Positions 1 through 6,890 of a stretch of 64,000 nucleotides of DNA are shown in pieces. This DNA comes from a virus, in the IMG/VR virus record IMGVR_UViG_3300037205_000062, positions 1 to 64,000 of that record; one strand, 5' to 3'. The notes beneath the pieces are model-generated. The model was not told the origin of the DNA. It searched no databases and was given only the letters and a program-made list of their open reading frames with translations. The position numbers were made by a program, and so were the translations under genes. Every line of letters begins with the position of its first letter. Position 1 is the first letter of the stretch.

Positions 1-48
1 AAAAAAGACCTTATAATAATTAACTTTAAATTATAACCTTAATGAATT

Positions 49-70
49 GCCCAATTCTATTGGGTTTTTT
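49..70 (+). terminator. Rho-independent terminator
   Basis: GCCCAAT-tct-ATTGGGT hairpin followed by a T-run. Confidence 0.65.
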
Positions 71-436
71 CATTTGGGTCAATTGAGGAGGTGTTAAATT
101 GAAAGTGGTTAAAATGAAGTTTAAATTAGGTTAAAGAAGTAAGAGGGAGAAAGAGGGGGAAAGAATTAAGATAAATTTTATTTGGTAATTTGTGTTTCTT
201 GTTTACTGTCGTTTATTTATAATAAAAAATAATAAATAAAACTCCCCCCAATTTTCCTTCACCTCCCTACTCATTTCATGCCCCCATTATCTTCTAATTT
301 TATTTTGTTTTTTCTTGTGTGAATTTGGCGCGAAAATGCTCGACAAAAACTAAATCAAACCAACATAAACACTAATCAAATCAATAGGTTTGTCAACCTT
401 TTTATTTATTAAGAAGTTTTTTTGTTGAGATAGTAT

Positions 437-465
437 TTGACATGTTTTAGACCTTGTGTTATGGT
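437..465 (+). promoter_or_regulatory. sigma70-type early promoter
   Basis: TTGACA(437-442)-17 nt-TATGGT(460-465), with TG extended -10. Confidence 0.65.
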
Positions 466-640
466 CTTATTGAAACGGTAAAATGAACACGGAACGAGAA
501 AGGTACCATATGAAATATTAGCTTAAAATCAAAAAACCTAAATGTGGTCATACACATTAACTTAAATCAAATAAGTTAGTGTGTTTTTGTTTTGTATGGT
601 CTTTTTTACCCCTATTCGACACGCGATATTTATATTGATA

Positions 641-669
641 TTGTACAAATGTTGTCTTTTAGGTATAAT
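641..669 (+). promoter_or_regulatory. sigma70-type promoter, leaderless transcript
   Basis: TTGTAC-17 nt-TATAAT; ATG at 677 lies 7 nt downstream. Confidence 0.6.
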
Positions 670-676
670 ACAATTA

Positions 677-922
677 ATGAATATCCAAATAAACCTAAAT
701 AAAAAACAAATAGCACAAATAGTTCAAGATTGGTTCAGTTCTTCTGATTTGAATAAACGTCATTTTTGGGAACGTGATGAAATAGCTAAAGTAATTAAAA
801 TGAATTTACAAGCAAATAATCAATGGTATAGAAAAAGACGCGGCCCAAATAAGAAAAAATTAAATCAAAATTTAACCCAAATAACACCAAATAATCCTAA
901 AGCAAAAGAAATGGATTTTTAG
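677..922 (+). CDS. hypothetical basic protein (MNIQINLNKKQ...)
   Basis: ORF track 581..922; start moved to ATG 677, directly after a -10 box. Confidence 0.6.
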   Translation: MNIQINLNKKQIAQIVQDWFSSSDLNKRHFWERDEIAKVIKMNLQANNQWYRKRRGPNKKKLNQNLTQITPNNPKAKEMDF

Positions 923-991
923 CTAAATAAGTACAAAAGAAGCTAAAATAAATCAAAATAACCCAAATAATCACTAAATAATAATAAATAA
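847..991 (+). repeat. AAATAA array, roughly helically phased
   Basis: AAATAA at 847, 879, 889, 925, 946, 956, 965, 976, 986. Confidence 0.5.
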
Positions 992-1132
992 GGATTTTTG
1001 AATTGAAATATATCAATAAAGAGGTAAACCTTAAAAATAATATTTTGCTTATATAAATTTAATTGGTGAATAATTAAAAATCTTAAATTGTTATTTTGTC
1101 AATAAAATCTAATTAGAAAAAGAAAAGGGAAT

Positions 1133-1161
1133 TTGACAGGGCGATGGACCTAGTGTATCTT
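1133..1161 (+). promoter_or_regulatory. sigma70-type promoter, leaderless transcript
   Basis: TTGACA-17 nt-TATCTT; ATG at 1168 lies 6 nt downstream. Confidence 0.65.
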
Positions 1162-1167
1162 GGTAAC

Positions 1168-1374
1168 ATGAAAACATACTATCTATTGAAACTTTATCCT
1201 GCTGGTTCATATTGGTGGGAAAGCCGTAACGAATGTATTGGCGAGACACAAGCGCCAAGCCAACAAAAAGCAATTATATTTTTTCAAAACAATTTTCCTT
1301 TCCTGTTATTAAATAACTATGGCTATTCCGAACTAGGAGATGAAACCTTTTGTATTGCTGAAAAGGCGTTTTAA
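1168..1374 (+). CDS. hypothetical early protein
   Basis: ORF 1144..1374; upstream ATG lies inside the promoter spacer, so start set at 1168. Confidence 0.65.
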   Translation: MKTYYLLKLYPAGSYWWESRNECIGETQAPSQQKAIIFFQNNFPFLLLNNYGYSELGDETFCIAEKAF

Positions 1375-1398
1375 TCAACAACTTAACTTTTAAATAAA

Positions 1399-1572
1399 AT
1401 GAAACATATTTTAAATACTTTAGCTTTTTATGCTGCCAATAGTGGCTTGCACTCGTTTAGTAAGACGCATAGACCAACACGCCGCGCAATTAAAGCTTTG
1501 GAAAAACGTCAAATGTTACATGTGTCATGGGAAACTAGTCAGGCAGAATTTACACACAGACAAATTAAATAA
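1399..1572 (+). CDS. hypothetical early protein, 57 aa (MKHILNTLAFYAANSG...)
   Basis: Read by hand (below the ORF-track cutoff); fills the gap between co-oriented genes. Confidence 0.6.
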   Translation: MKHILNTLAFYAANSGLHSFSKTHRPTRRAIKALEKRQMLHVSWETSQAEFTHRQIK

Positions 1573-1575
1573 CTA

Positions 1576-1604
1576 TTGACGGCAAGCTTATCTAGTGGTA
1601 TTGT
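1576..1604 (+). promoter_or_regulatory. sigma70-type early promoter
   Basis: TTGACG-17 nt-TATTGT with TG extension. Confidence 0.6.
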
Positions 1605-1654
1605 TGGTTTGACATTGCGGACAGCGTAAACAAAGTAAAACAGTAAAAGAATAT

Positions 1655-2089
1655 ATGAAACAAAAACATACAGTTTCAATGGACAAAGCAATCAAACTTG
1701 TCGCCAAAGCCAAATACGAAATTTTAGGCGTATTTGCCGAAGGGGAAAAAAACAGCCATACTCATGATAAAATGTTGGAAAATTTGAATTATAGATTGTA
1801 TGGTATTCGCCAACACAATTTGCCACGTTGGGCGACTTCTGAAATCAATTCTGCTTATAAAATTTTGTTTCAATATTTATATATCTGGCCAAATCCTAAA
1901 GTTGTTTGGCGGCATGTATTTGACGGCGTGCAATACGCCTCATGGAGCGACATGCCCGAAGCAGGCAGAGAATTAGGCCGTCAAGACCAGCTGGTTAGCG
2001 GGCATTTTTGGGCACATAGCAAGCTGCCATTTTCCACACCCGATACGAACTTGGCGCTTGAACAAAGAATTACCGCTAAGAAAAGCTAA
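1655..2089 (+). CDS. hypothetical early protein
   Basis: 144-aa ORF downstream of a promoter, A-rich leader. Confidence 0.75.
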   Translation: MKQKHTVSMDKAIKLVAKAKYEILGVFAEGEKNSHTHDKMLENLNYRLYGIRQHNLPRWATSEINSAYKILFQYLYIWPNPKVVWRHVFDGVQYASWSDMPEAGRELGRQDQLVSGHFWAHSKLPFSTPDTNLALEQRITAKKS

Positions 2090-2186
2090 CCTGCCATGAA
2101 GAGGTGCAAACTCTTCAAGAACAAAAAAAACAATTTAGAAAATATTGGGGCGATAAACTTTCTGTTTAAAAAAAGAAAAATATTAT

Positions 2187-2215
2187 TTGACAAGTTGCCC
2201 CCATTGGGTTAGGTT
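2187..2215 (+). promoter_or_regulatory. sigma70-type early promoter
   Basis: TTGACA-17 nt-TAGGTT with an A-rich UP element. Confidence 0.6.
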
Positions 2216-2248
2216 GAGCGGTAGTAAACAAAACATACAAACAATTTT

Positions 2249-2536
2249 ATGCTAACTGGAAAAAATGATCTTAATGCGGAAGTCGCGAAAATTGACTTTC
2301 AAGAATTGCTTTTGCTGGCAGAACAGGCTGTCGGATTGGCACGCACGGCAGTTGAACGTGACGTGAATCATTTTCAAGAGGCTTGTTTTCGCAACAAAGC
2401 AAATGAAATGAAAAATGAAGCAACACAATTGGTTGAGCATGCGCAAGTCTTGAAGCGTGCCACAGAAACCTTGTTTATGCTGCGGGAGAGTAAAGACAGA
2501 ACAGTATTGACTATTGTAAATCGTTTTTGGAAGTAA
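2249..2536 (+). CDS. hypothetical helical early protein
   Basis: 95-aa ORF, coiled-coil-like composition. Confidence 0.75.
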   Translation: MLTGKNDLNAEVAKIDFQELLLLAEQAVGLARTAVERDVNHFQEACFRNKANEMKNEATQLVEHAQVLKRATETLFMLRESKDRTVLTIVNRFWK

Positions 2537-2558
2537 ATTAATTTAGTTTAAAACCCCT

Positions 2559-2864
2559 ATGTTTAAAATTAATCAAATTGTTTGGGACGCTGAAGCTAAA
2601 GAGTATGTTATGATTACCACTGGCGTCCCCATGGTCGAGGGAAAGCCAGAAGTGAAGCCGACAGAAGCCATAGCATTACGCGTCTGCGGTCTAAAGGACA
2701 CGGGAAAGCCTGTTCTAGCCTTTACCTATCGCCAAGTAAAGCCTGAATGTCTGGCGACTTGTCCTAATTCCGAAGGCGTAAACTGGTTCAGAGATTTTAT
2801 TGGCAAAGACTATACCAATCCCCACTTTCATTTTTTGGGCAAGAGTTTGAAATTTCTTTGTTAG
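2559..2864 (+). CDS. hypothetical early protein
   Basis: 101-aa ORF, co-oriented, followed by a terminator. Confidence 0.75.
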   Translation: MFKINQIVWDAEAKEYVMITTGVPMVEGKPEVKPTEAIALRVCGLKDTGKPVLAFTYRQVKPECLATCPNSEGVNWFRDFIGKDYTNPHFHFLGKSLKFLC

Positions 2865-2971
2865 ACTTATTATTGGACGTTGAAAAATACAGGAACAGTT
2901 TAACAATTTAAAATATCGTCGAAACTTAAACTTTGCGCGTCACGATATAAAATAAGACTGGGAAAGTTAAG

Positions 2972-3008
2972 AAAATCCAAGTAGAAATACTTGGGTTTTT
3001 TCTTTTTT
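2972..3008 (+). terminator. Rho-independent terminator
   Basis: AAAATCCAAGTA-gaaa-TACTTGGGTTTT plus a long T-run. Confidence 0.8.
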
Positions 3009-3023
3009 GTTTTTTTGTAATTA

Positions 3024-3167
3024 AAATAAACTAAATAATATATATCTAATAAATTCTAAATAAATCATAATACGCTGCAAATAAATAAAAGATTGTAATA
3101 AATAATGAAAGAAATAAAGGGTAATACCAAATAATCTAATAAAGTGCGCAAATAATAGATTAAATAA
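3024..3167 (+). repeat. second AAATAA array
   Basis: AAATAA at 3024, 3033, 3058, 3079, 3100, 3112, 3129, 3150, 3162. Confidence 0.5.
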
Positions 3168-3677
3168 AGGCAAATATAATATCTAATTAAAAAAAGCTGC
3201 TAATACCTATCGGCCTGGATAAGTTGGGCTTATGAGTTTTACTGGTCATTAGTTCTACTTATAAAAGAGTGCAGGTTATTAGACTAACTTACTTTCCGAC
3301 ACAAAGTGAACGATCCATAAGAAAGTCTTAAACCTCATTTATTGTGCCAACTTTTACATTTTCCAAAAACGAGACATTTATTTAGTTAAATTTTTTTTGT
3401 TCAATTGGCATACTTTTAACGCCCCATGGTGCCCTTTTGATTGAATTTTCGGCCAGCGTATTTGATACGTTAAACATTGGGGATTTAACGATAAAGTGAA
3501 AATTGCCCGCTATGGCGACATGGTCGAAAACAAAAATGTCTCTATGGTCACGCAGACGCGTTTAAACGCTAGGCAATTTTTGCCTGAATTTTGGGTTTTT
3601 TTGATGGATTTTTGCCCCCATATATATATGGCAGACTAAACCGCGAAAATTTAATTAAAAAAAAATGAAAAAACTAT

Positions 3678-3705
3678 TTGACGTTTTTAAACCTCATGGT
3701 AAATT
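3678..3705 (+). promoter_or_regulatory. sigma70-type promoter of the GC-rich island
   Basis: TTGACG-16 nt-TAAATT with TG extension and upstream A-tracts. Confidence 0.6.
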
Positions 3706-3709
3706 CATT

Positions 3710-3975
3710 GTGTCGGGGGGAGAGAAAACCTCAAAATGTCAGTGTGTTTGTCGGTGTCATAAAACCGACCGCGCGAAAAGGTACGCAAGCAAAACGTGAA
3801 CATTTTCAGTCTGTCGAAAAGTACTAATAAGACAAAAGGGGTCTTAAGAATATAAAAGGGTTTTTCTTGTGTGTGGATTGAAAACACAATTCGACGCAAG
3901 CGCAAAGTTGCCAGTCGTTACTGGCAATTCCTTTTAGCAGATTGATAAAAAAATCAGTCTGTTAAACGGAATTAA
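3710..3975 (+). ncRNA. candidate structured 5' leader or ncRNA
   Basis: No sense ORF; stems GTCGGT/ACCGAC, TTTTCAGTCT/GGATTGAAAA, TTGCCAGT/ACTGGCAA, TAGCAGATTGAT/ATCAGTCTGTTA. Confidence 0.45.
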
Positions 3976-3997
3976 ACAATGAAACAGAAAGGTCTTT

Positions 3998-4147
3998 ATG
4001 ACAAAACAGCAAATTGAATTGTTAGCTAAAATTAAAAATGGGGATAGCATTGTCTGTCTTCATTGGTTGGGGCAGGGTTTGACTGATGAATTGTGCGCAA
4101 TTATTCGCGCATTGTTGGATGCGGAAAAAAAGGGAAAAGGAAAGTGA
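3998..4147 (+). CDS. hypothetical protein, 49 aa (MTKQQIELLAKIKNG...EKKGKGK)
   Basis: Read by hand; GAAAGG ribosome-binding site upstream; flanked by stem-loops. Confidence 0.6.
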   Translation: MTKQQIELLAKIKNGDSIVCLHWLGQGLTDELCAIIRALLDAEKKGKGK

Positions 4148-4254
4148 TTTGGTTTCTTCATTCTGGTTTCAAATTTTTTTGAAACTAGACTGTAGCAACT
4201 AACAAACAAGAAGTGAAAACTTACTTGGCTACGCAAAAACGAAAGAAAAACGTT

Positions 4255-5550
4255 ATGTCTCATTTAATCATAGCTGGAATTGACCGCGTTTACACACCCG
4301 ATACCGACAAGTGGCGCGATACGTGGCATGGATTGCAAACTACCGTCCCCAATGGCATTGCGCTTGACGGGTCAAACATTGGTGACGTGTTTTGCCCTAT
4401 TGTGCAATGCGGAATGAAGGCAGACTTCAACGCGGAACTTTCAACCGTGCCTGATGATTTGAAAGCCGAATTGAATCTGTCGGATTATAAGCTGATTCTG
4501 GCCGATTGCCGCAGCGGCTTATCAAAATCAGTTCACCCCTTGCATGTCCCCAAAGCTGGTTACGTCATCCATCAAAACAAGGCATTGTTTGATTCAATGG
4601 TGAAAGCTGCTGGCGATGTTTTAGGCGCGAATGGCTTTGACATTGTCACCGTCGGCACGCTAGGAGGTTATACACAATTTTTCGTATCCATTGTGGTAAA
4701 GGGGCATGAAAAGTTTTCGATTGGCAAGCTCGCCAATGGCGCGGAAGATTTTTACGAAAACTTCTTTAATCTCAATTCAAGCCATAATGGCTTGGTTGCT
4801 AGTAACTCGATGCTGTCGAGTGTGCGCATTGTTTGCATGAACACCGTCCAAATGGCAATTGCCGATGCCGAAAGCGCGGGAACTGTTCAAGTCATCAAAC
4901 ATACTGTAAACAGCGAAAGTCTAATCACGCCTCAAACTTTCGCCGATAACTTGAAGTCATGGCTTGAACGCGGTGTCAGTTTTAAGGCGCAATTAACCGC
5001 GCTTGCGAGAACACCAATGACTGTTGAACAGTTTCAATCTTTTGCCGCTGGAGTCTTCACCAATGACGGTAGCGACAAGCTTTCTACGGTGTCGTTTAAT
5101 CGCATTAAAGATATGACGCCTTTATTCCAACGTGGACTTGGCAACTATGGGAAGACCGTCTTGGACGGGATAAACGCATTTACTCAGTATTTCACAAGCG
5201 GAAACGGTGTCGGCAATCCCCGCAATGTGAATGCTAACAAGCGCCTTGCAACTGCCAATTTTGGACAGGGCAATGCATGGAAGTTAACAGCTTTGACACT
5301 GGCCAGCAGTGAAGAAACTTTGCGCGATACAATGAAACGTGGTGATATTCTATACGCCGACAAGCTTCTGTCTGATAGCTTGCCAAAAGGGACGGTGAAT
5401 GCTCCGATCATTGCCGCGCCGAAACCGCAACTGACATTACCGCCTGCCATTGAAATCCAAGCGGAAGTCGTCACGGAAACGGTATCCAGTGCGCCACAAG
5501 CCAAGCCAAGCGCGGCAAAGGGCAAGGGCAAAGGCAAGGGCAAGAAGTAA
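4255..5550 (+). CDS. DUF932-family (phage/plasmid-like TIGR03299-type) protein with a Pro/Ala/Lys-rich tail
   Basis: Motifs WHGL, LNSSHNG, VRIVCMNT, IKHT; ORF track starts at GTG 4213, ATG 4255 preferred. Confidence 0.75.
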   Translation: MSHLIIAGIDRVYTPDTDKWRDTWHGLQTTVPNGIALDGSNIGDVFCPIVQCGMKADFNAELSTVPDDLKAELNLSDYKLILADCRSGLSKSVHPLHVPKAGYVIHQNKALFDSMVKAAGDVLGANGFDIVTVGTLGGYTQFFVSIVVKGHEKFSIGKLANGAEDFYENFFNLNSSHNGLVASNSMLSSVRIVCMNTVQMAIADAESAGTVQVIKHTVNSESLITPQTFADNLKSWLERGVSFKAQLTALARTPMTVEQFQSFAAGVFTNDGSDKLSTVSFNRIKDMTPLFQRGLGNYGKTVLDGINAFTQYFTSGNGVGNPRNVNANKRLATANFGQGNAWKLTALTLASSEETLRDTMKRGDILYADKLLSDSLPKGTVNAPIIAAPKPQLTLPPAIEIQAEVVTETVSSAPQAKPSAAKGKGKGKGKK

Positions 5551-5561
5551 AGATGTTCCAA

Positions 5562-5640
5562 GATAGGTTAGGGCGTACCCTAACCTATCCTTTTAATTCA
5601 GTCCATCTTGTTAGGTGGATTGAATGAAGAGAGAAAAGGA
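5562..5640 (+). other. tandem intergenic stem-loops (terminator/attenuator plus RNase III-like stem)
   Basis: GATAGGTTAGGG-cgta-CCCTAACCTATC, then ATTCAGTCCATCT-tgtt-AGGTGGATTGAAT closed by TCCTTTT/AAAAGGA. Confidence 0.6.
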
Positions 5641-5663
5641 AACACCAACAAAAAAGGAAAAAA

Positions 5664-5936
5664 ATGAAAGCAAGTAAGAAGTTGAAATTGGCGATGAACG
5701 GAAACAAAAACGCCAATCGTATCGCCAATGAAACGAAAGCGGAACGGTTGGCGAGGATTGAATTCGCCAAGTCGCATCCTGTCAGTGCGGGAGTTATCCC
5801 AATGGTGGACTATGTTGCGCCAAGCGGGAGTTATGCGCCATCGGCGCGAGCAAGCGAGCCGACAGGCAACCAAGCGCGCTTCGTCGTCAAAGCAATTCGC
5901 GCCATCCAAGCCAACATGGAAGCCAACAAAGTCTAG
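5664..5936 (+). CDS. hypothetical basic protein
   Basis: 90-aa ORF with AAGGA ribosome-binding site. Confidence 0.7.
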   Translation: MKASKKLKLAMNGNKNANRIANETKAERLARIEFAKSHPVSAGVIPMVDYVAPSGSYAPSARASEPTGNQARFVVKAIRAIQANMEANKV

Positions 5937-5941
5937 ATGTT

Positions 5942-6268
5942 ATGAGTAACCAGCATGATTTACTTAATCCACAAAACGCAACCTTTCGCCTAGCAGTAGT
6001 TGGATGCTGCGAACTGGCTTTTGCGTTTGACGTAGCCGTCCAGTGCAAGCCAGTTGCGCAAGTGCGCCACGCTACAGTGCGGCGGGAAGACATGGGGTCA
6101 AAAGACAATCCACTTGACGTGTTCCGCGTAACCATAGACGGGTTACGTGACACAATTTTTTCGGCGCGTGGCAATGCTCGCTTCGGAACAAGCAAGATTG
6201 ACGACACAAGGCGCGCCATCATCCAACATTATTCCGACAGAGGCTTTCAAGTGGAATATATCTCCTAA
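5942..6268 (+). CDS. hypothetical protein
   Basis: 108-aa ORF starting 5 nt after the previous stop. Confidence 0.7.
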   Translation: MSNQHDLLNPQNATFRLAVVGCCELAFAFDVAVQCKPVAQVRHATVRREDMGSKDNPLDVFRVTIDGLRDTIFSARGNARFGTSKIDDTRRAIIQHYSDRGFQVEYIS

Positions 6269-6590
6269 AGTCAATAATTATTTTAAAGTATTTTCTACCA
6301 AGTTGGCATGACTCCTGATGGCAGGTTTCATGCCAACATTTTTTGTGCCAAGTGCCCAGTAGCTCGTCTAATTCATGAAAAAATTTGGATTAAAAAATCT
6401 TATGGCGCGGCGGGGGGCATATTTTTCTCTCTTCGCACTTTCAAAAAACCAAAACCACAAAAAAACCAAAGTAGAAAAAATCCCGAAAGACTAAAAATGG
6501 GCGGGGGGGTCTTTTTTTAAAACTTTTTTTAGATTTTAGTCTTACCTATATAAAGCAAAGTCAAAAAAATCGGACGAGGTATTTTTTTCT

Positions 6591-6659
6591 AAACTTCAAC
6601 CTTTATGGGCAAAAGATAATTTAACAAAAAGTGATAAAATTCTTGAAAAGTCTATTTAA
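6591..6659 (+). pseudogene. C-terminal remnant of an HNH/EndoVII-like endonuclease
   Basis: Reads KLQPLWAKDNLTKSDKIL, has no start codon, and resembles the end of ORF 14535..14858. Confidence 0.6.
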
Positions 6660-6695
6660 GTGTATATTATAATGTATAATCTCATACATATTATT

Positions 6696-6869
6696 ATGAA
6701 TAACAACGCTCCTACTACTCAAATTAACATTAAAGAGTTATCTCTGGTAGAATTAAAAGCTTTATGCTTTGATTTACAAAATGCCATTGGGCAACATCAA
6801 AGAAATTTAAAAATGTTAGTTGATGAATTAGAAATACGTTCCAAAAATAACGACTCCTCTACTCCTTAA
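6696..6869 (+). CDS. small coiled-coil hypothetical protein
   Basis: ORF 6660..6869; ATG 6696 follows TATAAT. Confidence 0.6.
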   Translation: MNNNAPTTQINIKELSLVELKALCFDLQNAIGQHQRNLKMLVDELEIRSKNNDSSTP

Positions 6870-6890
6870 GACTTTTGTTATACTAGTCAC

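Noticed and set aside
3755-3800. c-di-GMP-I riboswitch-like string (AAACC...CGAAA...GGTACGCAAGC)
   Set aside because: The P2 stem around GAAA and the downstream helix could not be built; needs an Infernal search
3888-3907. Resemblance to 16S rRNA (AATTCGACGCAA.CGC.AAG)
   Set aside because: Only ~20 nt with mismatches and no flanking similarity; likely chance
5184-6222. Minus-strand ORFs 5184..5561, 5598..5909, 5887..6222 and alternative-frame 5728..5949
   Set aside because: Shadows of GC-richer sense genes; no promoter or RBS support
6308-6520. 70-aa ORF over the G-tract region
   Set aside because: Low-complexity translation of inverted repeats and homopolymer tracts; better explained as non-coding signal DNA
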